In this document: in pieces, positions 22,277-33,049 of the stretch
Layout: each line of letters opens with the position of its first letter
How positions within the stretch are numbered: the first letter of the stretch is position 1
NCBI GenBank assembly: GCA_965644315.1
Contig: CBFFRQ010000052.1
Location: 186,001 to 250,000 of the forward strand
Length of the DNA stretch: 64,000 nt
Source: Caecitellus pseudoparvulus
Lineage: Eukaryota; Protista; Bigyra: Bicosoecida
Reading direction: 5' to 3'
The notes under the pieces: model-generated
Seen by the model: only the letters and a program-made list of their open reading frames with translations
Database searches by the model: none
What the model was told of the DNA's origin: nothing
Position numbers and translations under genes: made by a program

Positions 22277-25200
22277 ATGGCAGCTGACAAGGACAGTGGC
22301 GGCGCCCTGTCTCTGCAGGCGGCGCTGGATTTGCGGGATGCAGGTGAGCCACGTTTCTTGCTTGCCAGGCCTTTGTGCTGTGGCGCCAGCGCCGCCCCTG
22401 CTGCCTGTTCGCGCCGGCAAGCCACGTGCATGGCTCCACCTTCCCCTCCCAGCTTCTGATGTCATCCTGCACATGCGCGAGTCGGCTGTAGTGAGCAGCC
22501 CCGACACGGCGCCAATCGAGCAGCCAGCTGGACTGCCCCACGAAGCAGCTCAAATCCTGGCGGCGGCAAAGTGCGTGTGCAGCTTGAAGCGCCGCCTCCC
22601 GTCTGCGAGTCGGTGACGACAGGGACGGAAGGGGTCTGCTGCGTGGCCTGCCTGGGCGCTGTGCAAGTGCTGCTTGCGCTTGCTTTGCACGGTTGCCCTG
22701 CTTCCCTGTGCTCAGATCGCGGTGGCTCAAGCCAGACGAATACTTGACCCTGTTCACGCATGCTGAGAAGTTTTCCGTGTTTGACACGCAGCCCAAGTTC
22801 ATCTACATCAAACCCGTCTCCTGCGTGTACTTCATTCGGTGCAACGCCCTCGAATTCCCACGGTGAGTCCCCGGCGTGTTGAGGGGAGCGGAAATGGCTG
22901 GAGCCGCACAGCGGCCGGAAGGCGTGGTGGGTTTCTTCTGGCGCCTCCGCTCCTAGAGAGCAAGCGTGCAGCCACTGACGGCCGTCGCTCTCCCCCAGCC
23001 ACTGCCGGCCACTGCCACGCCCTGCGGTGTCTGCGCGGGGCGGCAGGGCGGGGCACAGCCTGCGGCGTGTTCAGCCCACCACGCCCACGCCCACACCCCT
23101 CCCCCCTTCCCAGGCAAACGTTTGAGAAGAACGTGAACTGGAAACAGACGGGGGGCCGGCCGACGGCAGTGCCAAAGGCCATGCACACCCGCCCCGAGAA
23201 ACCCCTCATCCTGTACTACAACGGCTCGGGGCGGGTGGGCGGCGACAAGGCCTGGGCCTTGCACGGCACGTTTGTCATTGACAAGCACACGGGCCTGCAG
23301 GACTTCTCCAACATTGACAAGAATGCCGACGACAAAGGGTACCTCACCGGCCTCATGCTGGTGCAGGTGTTGGACACGGCGGCTGCCAAGGAGAGCAAGG
23401 CCGTCACCAACAAGGCCGCACCCATGCGCAAGGCTGGGGTGCGCTCCAAGGCAGGCGGCGCCCGCAAGGCCCGCCCCGTCGCGACGCGTGGCACCAAGCG
23501 GGAGCGCCAGGACTTCACCGACGCGTCACTGGGCAGCCTGTACCCCTTGTCCCTGCCCGGCTCGGCCCCCCCCAGCATGGGCGGGCTGCCGGGCATGTCC
23601 ATGGGCCTGCACGCCATGTCTGCTCCGCACTCCATGCCCTACATCAACCCCGTCACGGTGGCCACGCAGGGCGGCGGCAGCACCAGCATGCCCCTGGGCG
23701 CCATCATGACGCCCTCCATCCTCTCCTCAGCAGGCAGCAGCTTCTACCCCGACCGCAGCATGGGACAGGCCGACACTGCCGCTGCCGCCGCCCAGCTAAC
23801 AGCCCTCAACTCCGACCGCAAGTTGGGCATGGGCAGCATGAATGTGCCAGGCATGGGCAGCATGGGCATGTTGCACACGGGGCGTGTGGGGGGCGGCGGG
23901 GTGCCCAGCTCATTCTCCGCCGGCCCGGCCGTCGGCACGGGCATGCCGCCGCCGCCGCCGCCCGCCATGCCCCTGGGCCCCGTCGGCATGTCCAGGGGAC
24001 CCAGTGGCATCCACCAGCCGTCAGATGGGGACGGCCCTGCCGCAAGCGTGGGCCTGACCACCTCCGCCTCCTCAGAGGCGCTCCACGCGCAGATGGCGCG
24101 TGAGTTCCCCATGCTGCCGGCGGGCACCTCCTCTGCCGGCACCGGCGCGGGTGACGACATGGACGACAGCATGGACGCCGGGGAGCTCCCGCCCATGCCC
24201 TCTTCATCGGAGCTGCAGCCCCAGCCGGCCACCTCCGTGGGGGGCTTGCCCGCCGGCGGCCTGCCTGGGCCTGCTGCGGGGCGGGGCGCCCCCTCTGCCC
24301 GCGCCCTGTCCTCCCCCCCCAAACGCCGCCGGCAAGACCTGCTCACCGGCACGACGCCGGCACGCGGTGCGGATGGCGCGGGCTTGTCGGCGCCCGAGAT
24401 CCTCCTGCCCATGTCCGTGGGGGGCGTGCACGCTGGGTCAAGGGCAGGGCTGTCCCTGGCCCCGCCAGGGGTGAGCGGAGGCCTGCACGGCCCTGGTGGC
24501 ATCACGCCAGCTGGCAGTGTCGAGGGGGCAGCTGCCGCCCTCACCTCGCTGCAGGCCATCCGGGTGGCAGACCTGCAGCCCAGCACCTCCCCGTCCTCAG
24601 CGCCCGGCGTCCTGGACAGCCCGCCCTCCAAGCTGCGCCGGGGGATGCACGGCAACTCTGCTGACCTGCAGGACGCCATCGGCTTGCACATGGACAGCAT
24701 GCCGCCCCCCACAGCCTCTGGCATCCCGGGGGGCGTGCTGCCGCCCCACCCCTCGCACTCCGGCACCGACCTGGTGACGGGGCAGGGGGACGGCGGGGAC
24801 CTCACCTCGGGGGAGGGTGAGGGGGAGTGGAGCGTGCCGTCTGTCAGCAGCATCAGCGGCGGCGTCAGCTCCACTGCCGCCACCGCTGCTGCCTCCACCA
24901 CGTCAGACGTCTTCGTGGCGGCGGCGATGGTGCCAGGCCTCGCCCTGCCTGCGCAGGTAGGGGCGCCGCCCTTCCTGCTGGGCAGCGGGCTCCCCGGCAA
25001 ACCCGAGGATGATCACAAGGAGGGGAAGGACGAGGCGCCCCTGCCGCTGTCGGTGGGCTTGGCGGCGTTGATGGTTGCAGCCGGGCTGCCGTCGGCGCTG
25101 CCGGCACTGCACCCCACCCGCACCAGCAGCAACCCACCCACACCCACTGCCGAGTCTGCAGCGGAGAGCGCACGTACCCTGCCACACCTGGACTCTCCAC

Positions 25201-25313
25201 AGGTGGACTGTGAGGAGGAGGGGATGCCAGTGGTCTTACCAAGCGACGCGGGTGAAGCGGATGAGGGCGATTGTGCCCTCGCGGTTCGGGAGGGCCGTGA
25301 CGAGGAAGGGTGA
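22277..25313 (+). CDS. Putative transcription factor with divergent CG-1-like DNA-binding domain and long Pro/Gly/Ser/Met-rich tail, 4 exons
   Basis: Exons 22277-22343, 22453-22570, 22716-22862, 23114-25313 join in frame. They give QILAAAKSRWLKPDEY...VNWKQ...LILYYNG...LMLVQVLD, resembling CG-1 landmarks. Confidence 0.6.
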
Positions 25314-25318
25314 ATTTG

Positions 25319-25325
25319 AATGCAT
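25319..25325. terminator. AATGCAT between convergent CG-1-like and HAT stops
   Basis: Lies in a 23-nt gap. Full AATGCA on +, ATGCAT core on -. Confidence 0.5.
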
Positions 25326-25336
25326 CTGCTGACGCC

Positions 25337-28300
25337 TCAGTCCTCCACTTCCTGCACAGTGGGCGTTGGCGCGTAGGCAGGGATGGAGGGGTTGTGCAGG
25401 TGCCACAGGATCATCATGCTGCTGTGCTTGGCACGGGGCAGTGTGTCGAACTGGAAGTTGTGGCTCTGGCAGAAGCGGATGAAGCCTTGGCGGGTGTTGA
25501 AGAAGTCACAGGAGAGGGGGGTGGCTGTCGGTGCCCCCTGGCAGCCGCCAGCACCCCGCTTGCCAGCGCCGGCGCGCCCCCTGCGGCGCCTGCCGCTACC
25601 CCTGGCCCCTGCTGGGCCTGCCTCGGCATGCTCCCGCGCATCTGCGTCGGCGGGCCCGTCACCAGCCTCAGGCACCGCTGGGCCAGCGCTGGTGGAGCTT
25701 GGCTGCACTGGAAATTGAGGGTGCACTGAGCTGGGCCGGGAGGGCGGCTGCAGCAGGTGCACAACGAACATCTCCTTGCCCATCTCCTTAATGCGTTCGT
25801 GCATCATGCCCAGCAGATCGGGCGCCACTTCCTCCTCCTCCACCTCCTCCTCCTTATCGTCGCCGGGACTGGGCTTGTCTGTCGCCTGTGTCGAGGACAC
25901 GGGGCGAGGCAGCCCCCCCGACCGGCGGATCTGGTTCGCAGCCTCCAGCAGGGCAGCAGTGGCACCCTTCATGACGAGGGAGTGAGGAAGCAGCCCCACC
26001 ACCCGCCCCAGGTGCTCCTGCAGGTCGGAAATGGCAGGGGCGGGGGCGGCTGGGCCAGGGGAGTGGCGGCTGGGCGCGGCAGGGGAGGTCAGGGAGCCGC
26101 CACTGGCACCGCCGCTTGCCTTGCGACTGGCGGCTCGCCAGGCCGCCAGCACCGACTGCACGTCCACCTCGCGCATGCTGGACATGGCGCCCTGCACGAG
26201 GGTGTCCATGTCCCCGCCCTCAGTCAAGGCGTGGGCGATGTCCGCCACCTCGCTGGCGGCGGCGCCGGACGGCAGGCTGCCGCCGGACATCGTGCTCAGA
26301 GCAGCGGCGGCGTACGAGCCAGGCGTCTTGCGCTCGTGCCTGCTGGAGGAGGAGGCGTCGCTGACCACGGAGGAGGCGCGGGCACGCTTGGGCGCGGGGG
26401 GGGTGCTGTTGCCGCCAGGCCCGTCCTCCCCGCCCTCACTGCCCGCCGCCTGCCCGTCAGCGCCCTCCCACCCCAGCAGCTTGGAGAACATGGACCCCGT
26501 CGCGCTCATGAGGCTCTCATACAGAGGCGAGTGCTGCCGGGCAGTTTCTGCTGCAGCTGCCTTGCGGGCATCTGTCTTGGCTTCTGCCATGATGGGCAGT
26601 GGTGGCGCTGGCCCTGCGCTGCGAGTGGCCACTGGCTCGCGCTTGGTGATGGCACGGGGGCGCTTGGTGCCGCCGCTGGCCCGACTGCTGCCGCTACGCT
26701 TGCGCAGGGCAGACGCTGCTGGCGGCGGCTTGCCAGCAGCCACGGCCTCTGCTCTGGCTGCCTCCAGGCGAGCTGCTGCAGCGGCCGCAGCCGCGGCAGC
26801 AGCTCCCACCAGGGGCTTTCGCGGCTTGCTCCCAGCAGGGCGCTTGGAGGACTTCTTTTTCCTCTTCTTGCGGTCACTGTCTGCGGCTTTGGCCTTGGCC
26901 TTGGCCTTAGCCTTGGCGGCTGCGCTGCTCTTCTTGATGCCCTTCTTGCCCACCTCCCGGGCGAGGCGCTCCAGCTCGGTGCACCAGAAGTCGCCTGGCA
27001 TGACGGGGGGCAGCCCAGTGTCCTGGCGCAGGGTGCCGTCCTCCTCGAAGTGCTCCTCATGCAGGGCGGTCACGCCCTGAATGACGCCTCTGCACGCCGC
27101 ACTGCCCAGCATCGTCTCGTACCACTCACGCAGGCGCTCCTTGCCAGGCGTGCGCTGGGAGGGGGGGTGTCTGTGGAAGATGTAGCCCTCCCCCCGCTGC
27201 GGTGGGCAGGCCCAAATGTAAGCTTTGTCAAAGCCCCGCGCCTTGCAGTCGGCCAGGTACGCCACGAGCAGCTCGTGGTACACCGGCGTACGGGCACGGT
27301 TTGGGCGCAGGTACCGCACAGAGTCCAGGTACGCCACGTAAGCGGTGTTGGTGTTGGGGGCCGGCGCCGTGGGGCCGTACTCCTGCAGGTACACGGCGAA
27401 GACCAGGACGTCCACGCCATCAATGCGCTGGAACATCAGCACGACGCGCTGGTGGTAGGGATACTTTTCAGCATACTGGTGCAGGGCGGTGGGGCGGGGC
27501 GGTGAGGCGGCGTCCCCTCCCCCTCGCTCCTCCAGGGACGCGATGTGGTCTGCGAGGGCCTTCTCCGTGACGTCCTTGGCCAGGCTCCGCACAGCCCGCG
27601 CAGAGGTGATGGCAGCCTTGACCAAGGTGGCCATCTCGGCATTGGCGGCGCGTGGTTGGGTGGCGTTGCGGATGAGCTGCTCGTCGGCGATGCGCAGAGC
27701 GTCCTCCTCCGCCGCTGCGACGAAGGAGGAGGACTCACCGGCAGACTGCGAGAACAGCGTGCGCTTGAGCGTGGCGGGGGGCGGGGGCGGGTCCCTGTAC
27801 AGCACCCGCACGTCGTCAGGCAGGGTGTGGCTGAGAGGGACGTTGGACACCTCCCGCACCACCACGGACGTCGCGAGGCGGTTGGACCCCGTCAGCTTCC
27901 ACAGGCGGTCTCGCACGCGCTTCTGCATGGCCTCGCTGAGGGGTGTCGTGGGCAGAGCAGATGCGGGGCGGAAGGTTGTGCCGGTGCCGCTTGCGCCAGT
28001 CTCGTTGTTGGGCCCTGCTGGCGTGCTGGCTGGTGCGGGGGCTGGGGCGGCAGCGCCCCCCAGCGGCATGTCAGCACAGGACACGCCCAGCGTCTCGGCA
28101 GGCACCAAGGTGACGTCCTTCACCGTGTTCAGGCCGTAGGCAGGTGCCAGGCCATCTGTGCGCACAGCCAGGGACACTCGCCGTCCACCCGCCCCGGCGG
28201 CGGACAGGAAGGCTGTGCTGGGCCCTGCGCCGCCGCTGTCAGCGCCTGGGATGGCACCCGCCGCCATCATGGACGGCGTGACTGCAGGCAAGCCGCCGCC

Positions 28301-30601
28301 GCCGCCGCCGCCGTCTGCAGGCGGCTTGGTGGAGGCGGAGGCTGGCTGTGCTGGTGGCTTGGAGGGGGGGGCAGGTGCTCCTGTGCTGGGCAGGTCCATG
28401 GTGGCGAGGGACCAGGATGCCTGGCCGTCACGGGAGGCAGCGCCAGCACGGGGGGTGGTGGACCGGCCGTGGGGGTGGGTGGGCGTGGACCCTGAGCCAC
28501 TGGCACGGGTGGGCATGCCCCGGCTCAGCGCTGCCAGGCCGTCCAGGGTGGGGGAGCCGGTGGGCGGGCAGTGCACGGTGTTGGGTGGGAGCGCCGTGTC
28601 CCCGCTCGCCCCACTGCGCACGTCAGCCAGCAGGGCCCCTAAATCGGCATCCAGGGGGAAGACAGCCAGAGCTGAGGACTCGCCCGGGACTGGTGAGGCC
28701 TCGGCTGAGCCCACGGACAGGCACGCCGCTTCACAGCCTGCCTCATTCTCAGCCACGTACTGGCAGGCTGGGCAGGTGAACTGCACGTCGTCCTCCAGCG
28801 CCTCTGGCACGAGGGAGTTCTTGCGGGGGTTGAATAGGGCGCAGATTTGGTGGCACCAGCCCTCGCACTTGTCACACTGCACCCACGGCTCCGCCACGAC
28901 GTCGTCGTTCTTGCGCTTCTGCAGGCCCATGCTGCGCAGCATGCCGGAGATGAGGGACACGAAGTTCTTCTTGTACTGCACGCAGGCCATGCAGAGCGCC
29001 GCGCCCCAGGCGGAGGCCTTGAACCCCCGCATGCCGGGCTCGGACAGCATGACCTTCAGCGTGACGGCATCCCCCACCGTGCGCAGCAGCGGCGCGACCT
29101 GGTGCATCTTTATGGACCGGGGCAGGCCCAGCGCAGCCGTGACGGCGCCGCCCGCCACGAAGGGCGTGTCGGGGGGGATGGTCTTGGTCACGTCGCACAG
29201 CGGCATTTTGCCGACGGAGTTGAGGACTGATACAATGACGCCCTGCGCCTGAGTGGCAGCCGAGCGCGCCACTGCCGCGAACAGCTGTGCACGCAGCGCA
29301 CTGCTGGCTCCCGCCTTGCCGTTGGCCGACGCCCGTGTGCGCTTGGCGCGGGGCGTGCCGGCGGAGGAGGGCGAACGGGGCGAGGTCAGGAGGGGGGGCG
29401 CCCCCCCTCCCCCTGTTCCTGCCTTGTCCCCAGCACCAGCCCTGTGAGCAGTGGGGGACACGCCACACGTGGTGAGCAGGTCCCCTGCCTGCTGCACAGA
29501 GTCTGCGTCGGAGACACCCTGGATGGGGTGCTGGGGCAGCGTGCAGGGCGCCACCACCCCCATGGCCTGAGCCCACACCGTGTCTGACAGCATGCGCAGG
29601 GCACGCTGGTTGAGGCCGGCGAAGATGGCAGCCGTCGGCGGCAGCACCGCCCCCGGGCCTGCGTGGGGGATGCCCCCCGTGCTGATGCAGCGCATGCACC
29701 AGCGCGCGCCTGCCGCGTTGCGGTAGTACGCAGCCCCCCGCTTCACCTTGTCCCCACAGCAGTCACAGTGCAGGACGGGCGGGTCGAAGCGCAGGCACTT
29801 GCAGCCACAGATGACGCAGCGCTGGCCCTGGCAGAAGGAGCAGGAGTGTGCGCGGCGGCGCTCCTCCTCCGCCGTCACCCGGGCATGCAGGCGCTGAAGG
29901 GAGGTGGCGAACTCCTCCTTCAGCCGCCGCGCTGCCAGGTGCACTGGGTGCCCTGCAGGGTTGTACTTGATGGCGTTGGTGAAGACCTGCACGACGTCGG
30001 CAGCAAAGGGCTCTGCGACGCTGTACTGCCCCGTCTCCAGCTTCTGCCGCACGGTGCCCAGGTCCATGGGCTTGTCCACGATGCGAGTGTAGTCTGGCAG
30101 GCGCAGGGCAACGCTGTCCACCGGCGTGTTGAAGACGCCCCCGTTGGAACTGTGCTCCATCATCTTCAACAGCAGCGGGCGGTACCGCTTCACGAACGTC
30201 TCCTGCCGCGTGGCTCGCACATGCTGCAGGATGGTGACCAGCGTGAAGCTGTCCACTGGCGTGAGGGAGTCCACCTCCGGCATGCCGCGGGCGAGCTGCC
30301 CGCCCTCCAGGGGCAGACTGCCCGAGCTGGCGCTGCGGGGGCGCTTGAGGCCTCGCAGGGCGCCGCCAGGCGACGCTGGGGCGCTGCCACCAGCGGCCAG
30401 CTCGGCCTGCAGCGCGGGCAGGCGCCCTGACTTCTTCAGGCGGTAGTAGTGGGTGCGCAGGGACTTGGTGCTGCGAGTGGAATCAAAGCGGTGGGCGAAC
30501 TTGGGGTACTGCTTGCTGAAGGCCTTGGAGTCTGCCAGCAGCTCCACCAGGGCCAGCTCCTCCGCATGTGTCCAGGGGTGTCGAGCAACGCTTCCGGACA
30601 T
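25337..30601 (-). CDS. CBP/p300-type (KAT11) histone acetyltransferase: Myb/SANT-like + bromodomain + RING/PHD-like Cys clusters + HAT (~1,750 aa)
   Basis: Bromodomain VFNTPVD..LPDY..IVDKPMDLGTV..NAIKYN and PHD WVQCDKCEGWCHQICALF. HAT core FQRIDGVDV, AYLDSV, YIWACPP..YIF, LREWY. C-terminal FQFDTLPRAKHSSMMILWHLHNP. A splice acceptor at about 30613 suggests an upstream exon or 5'UTR intron. Confidence 0.92.
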   Translation of the reverse strand: MSGSVARHPWTHAEELALVELLADSKAFSKQYPKFAHRFDSTRSTKSLRTHYYRLKKSGRLPALQAELAAGGSAPASPGGALRGLKRPRSASSGSLPLEGGQLARGMPEVDSLTPVDSFTLVTILQHVRATRQETFVKRYRPLLLKMMEHSSNGGVFNTPVDSVALRLPDYTRIVDKPMDLGTVRQKLETGQYSVAEPFAADVVQVFTNAIKYNPAGHPVHLAARRLKEEFATSLQRLHARVTAEEERRRAHSCSFCQGQRCVICGCKCLRFDPPVLHCDCCGDKVKRGAAYYRNAAGARWCMRCISTGGIPHAGPGAVLPPTAAIFAGLNQRALRMLSDTVWAQAMGVVAPCTLPQHPIQGVSDADSVQQAGDLLTTCGVSPTAHRAGAGDKAGTGGGGAPPLLTSPRSPSSAGTPRAKRTRASANGKAGASSALRAQLFAAVARSAATQAQGVIVSVLNSVGKMPLCDVTKTIPPDTPFVAGGAVTAALGLPRSIKMHQVAPLLRTVGDAVTLKVMLSEPGMRGFKASAWGAALCMACVQYKKNFVSLISGMLRSMGLQKRKNDDVVAEPWVQCDKCEGWCHQICALFNPRKNSLVPEALEDDVQFTCPACQYVAENEAGCEAACLSVGSAEASPVPGESSALAVFPLDADLGALLADVRSGASGDTALPPNTVHCPPTGSPTLDGLAALSRGMPTRASGSGSTPTHPHGRSTTPRAGAASRDGQASWSLATMDLPSTGAPAPPSKPPAQPASASTKPPADGGGGGGGLPAVTPSMMAAGAIPGADSGGAGPSTAFLSAAGAGGRRVSLAVRTDGLAPAYGLNTVKDVTLVPAETLGVSCADMPLGGAAAPAPAPASTPAGPNNETGASGTGTTFRPASALPTTPLSEAMQKRVRDRLWKLTGSNRLATSVVVREVSNVPLSHTLPDDVRVLYRDPPPPPATLKRTLFSQSAGESSSFVAAAEEDALRIADEQLIRNATQPRAANAEMATLVKAAITSARAVRSLAKDVTEKALADHIASLEERGGGDAASPPRPTALHQYAEKYPYHQRVVLMFQRIDGVDVLVFAVYLQEYGPTAPAPNTNTAYVAYLDSVRYLRPNRARTPVYHELLVAYLADCKARGFDKAYIWACPPQRGEGYIFHRHPPSQRTPGKERLREWYETMLGSAACRGVIQGVTALHEEHFEEDGTLRQDTGLPPVMPGDFWCTELERLAREVGKKGIKKSSAAAKAKAKAKAKAADSDRKKRKKKSSKRPAGSKPRKPLVGAAAAAAAAAAARLEAARAEAVAAGKPPPAASALRKRSGSSRASGGTKRPRAITKREPVATRSAGPAPPLPIMAEAKTDARKAAAAETARQHSPLYESLMSATGSMFSKLLGWEGADGQAAGSEGGEDGPGGNSTPPAPKRARASSVVSDASSSSRHERKTPGSYAAAALSTMSGGSLPSGAAASEVADIAHALTEGGDMDTLVQGAMSSMREVDVQSVLAAWRAASRKASGGASGGSLTSPAAPSRHSPGPAAPAPAISDLQEHLGRVVGLLPHSLVMKGATAALLEAANQIRRSGGLPRPVSSTQATDKPSPGDDKEEEVEEEEVAPDLLGMMHERIKEMGKEMFVVHLLQPPSRPSSVHPQFPVQPSSTSAGPAVPEAGDGPADADAREHAEAGPAGARGSGRRRRGRAGAGKRGAGGCQGAPTATPLSCDFFNTRQGFIRFCQSHNFQFDTLPRAKHSSMMILWHLHNPSIPAYAPTPTVQEVED

Positions 30602-32081
30602 GGCGGTTGAACCTGAGGGCGGAGGGAGGCAGCAAGGAGTGAGTTGGAGCAATGCCATGTGCAGTCCGCCGTGGGGGCGATGGTGCACCATGGCGCGCGT
30701 GCGGCGCCGGGCTCCCCTGCAGTGATTGCTTCTGCGCACGTTGCACTGACTCGGCAACGACAACGTGCAAGTGCAGTGCACCAAAGAACACACGACGTTC
30801 CAGGGCACGTTGCGTGCAGTGAGGAGTACTGCCACGCAGCAGACACACTGAACATGCATAGCATCACATTCACCGCGCACGTTCAGCCGCGGCCAGGGCG
30901 GGGGGAACGAGCAGCGGAGCACTGACATACTGGCGTTGGTCAATTTCCGCACGGACACCCTCAAGTTCAAACACACGCCTCCCGACGACCCCTAAGCGAC
31001 TGAAACCAAGTGGAGCACACGTGGTAGAGGGTGGATAAGAACGACAGGCAAGGCAGACGTGCGCTCACGGACGGCGTGCACTGCACGGGCGTTCCGGGCA
31101 CTTCCGCACGATGGCTGGCGCAGCTGACGCACGTGGCAGGCATCGGAGAGGCGCCCGCCGAGCCGTTTCTCGCCATTCCCTCACCCCCGCGCAGCACAAC
31201 TTGGACAAGAACAGAAAAGGCTCAATGAACATGCAATGGGGGGCCTTTCACGGGCTCTTTAAGCTCGCCTTTGCACCAGAGGAGCACACAAGTACGAGAT
31301 GCAGGCACTACCCAGCACTCACTTTGCCGAGCTAGCGCCGATGGAAGTCAGCCTTGTGGAGAAAGACCACGCCCTAACTATTAAACGACGGCGGATCTTT
31401 GGGCCCTGAACAGGGATCAAGCACAGCCCTGCAAGGAAGGGCGCACCAGCCATCGTGAGCGAGGGGCAGGAGGGGCGGCGACTGCCGCAAGCCTTGTCGC
31501 GAGCAGGTGTGCATGCAAGCCGCTCAGCATGACAGAGGGGGGTGGGCAAAAGTACAAGCTTGCCTGTGCAACCAGCTACATCGGCAGGGCTTTCGCCGGT
31601 GCAGAGGTTTCGAGCATGCAAGCCCGGGAGGGCTCCGGCTGCCCCGGCCCATACTCCCGGCACGCACCAGTGGCTCGCAGAGGTCCCGGCCGAAGGGTCC
31701 TCGGCAGGGGCTGATGCCCTGTTGACAAGGCGAGACACAGCCAATGCTGACAGCTGCCAGCAGAGGCCCACCTAGTGCGCGTGCTGAGGTGGACGCTGCG
31801 CCCAGAGTCACGCGCCCGCGCAAGCAGCAGCGCCACGGGCGCAAAAAACAACCGCAGAAACGAGTGCTTCGCCTAGTAGTGCACTTGAGCAAGGGTTTCC
31901 ATGTTGATGTTCGTGTGACTGATGTAGGTCATAGTCACAGGTGTCACTGTTTGTCCATTGTAAGCGTCTGCTTGGCCTGGTGGCGAGGCCAGGCTGTCCA
32001 TCGCACGCGGAGTTTTTGCGCGCGGCACGCCCAAAGGGTGGCTTGGGCGACGCGTGCAGGGCTGCAGGTGTTTAGGCCATA

Positions 32082-32892
32082 ATGAATCCAGCAGGGGATG
32101 CGTGGAAGGGCGCCCCTCCCCCTGTGGCGACGAAGTTCATTGACTCTGTGGGTTTCTGGGCGTTTCACCACGAAACGCCGCCATTGGCGTGGCACGGTGC
32201 AGCGCCTGCACGCAGGTTTTGCGAGAGAACGCGGAGTTTATCCACGGGGTCGTTGAAAACATGAATCTTGGTCGCATCAAAGACGCTGTCATGTGCGTGC
32301 AGCGCGCCGTGGGGTCCGTTGAGCAGCGACTCAGGCAGCACCTGCGCTGCGCAGGTTGATGGAGCGGTTGGAAGATGGCGTGACACGGCTGAGCAAGCTG
32401 CATGACCTGCAGACGCTCTACCGACCAGATGGCTTCCCCCCTCGACAGGCGCTGACGTATGCCAGTGACCCCCTCACTCGTATTGACCAGACGCAGGCGG
32501 CAGTGGGAACCATGCTCACAGCTGCAGTGCGTCGTCTGTCCGCCGCCGCGCAGTGGCACGCCTCCCCACGCCGCCCCCCCTCCTCGCAGCGGTTCGCCCC
32601 CCGAACGCCCAATCGCAACTTGTTTGCCAGGGTTGGCAGGCGCCGGCCCCCCTCTGCCTGCCCTGTGGCGCCCGACAAACCTGCCCAGCCAGGCCTGCGC
32701 ACGGCACGGCGACGAAGCAAGGCACGGTCGTCACGGCGGAGCACAGCACGGAGTAGTGGCGGAGGCCAGGGTGATGCTGCAGCCTCACCAAGGGGGCCGG
32801 GGGCGGTGTCTGTGCCCCAGCCTGCCGCCGGTGAGTCGGGGCCAGCCAGCAGCGGTGAGGCAGGAGACGCACAGCTGTCAGGGTCACCGTGA
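32082..32892 (+). CDS. SSXT-domain protein (SS18/GIF-like), 3 exons
   Basis: Exons 32082-32147, 32216-32292, 32355-32892 give IDSVLRENAEFIHGVVENMNLGRIKDAVMLMERLEDGVTRLSKLHD. This fits the SSXT pattern (I..L.EN..I..I.EN.NLG+......L...L..L....D). The domain is not visible in the unspliced ORF track. Confidence 0.7.
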
Positions 32893-33049
32893 TACAATAC
32901 ATGCATCAGAAAGGGAAAGCCCATCATCCCTGTCAGTCCCGGCATGGGTGCACGCGCTGCTTTTTTCGCTGTCGAGGGGAGCAATCGCGCCGAGGTGCAG
33001 GTTGAGCGTGGGCGTGTTGCGGCACGAGCATCTTCCAGCGTGCGAGGCG

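Noticed and set aside
30602-30976. 125-aa N-terminal extension of the HAT ORF in the track
   Set aside because: Cys/Arg-rich non-coding-like composition, and a clear splice acceptor just before ATG 30601. Probably intron or UTR.
31300-31730. Short GC hairpins suggesting an SRP RNA or snoRNA
   Set aside because: No SRP helix-8, Sm-site or C/D-H/ACA signatures recognised. Short stems are expected at this GC content.
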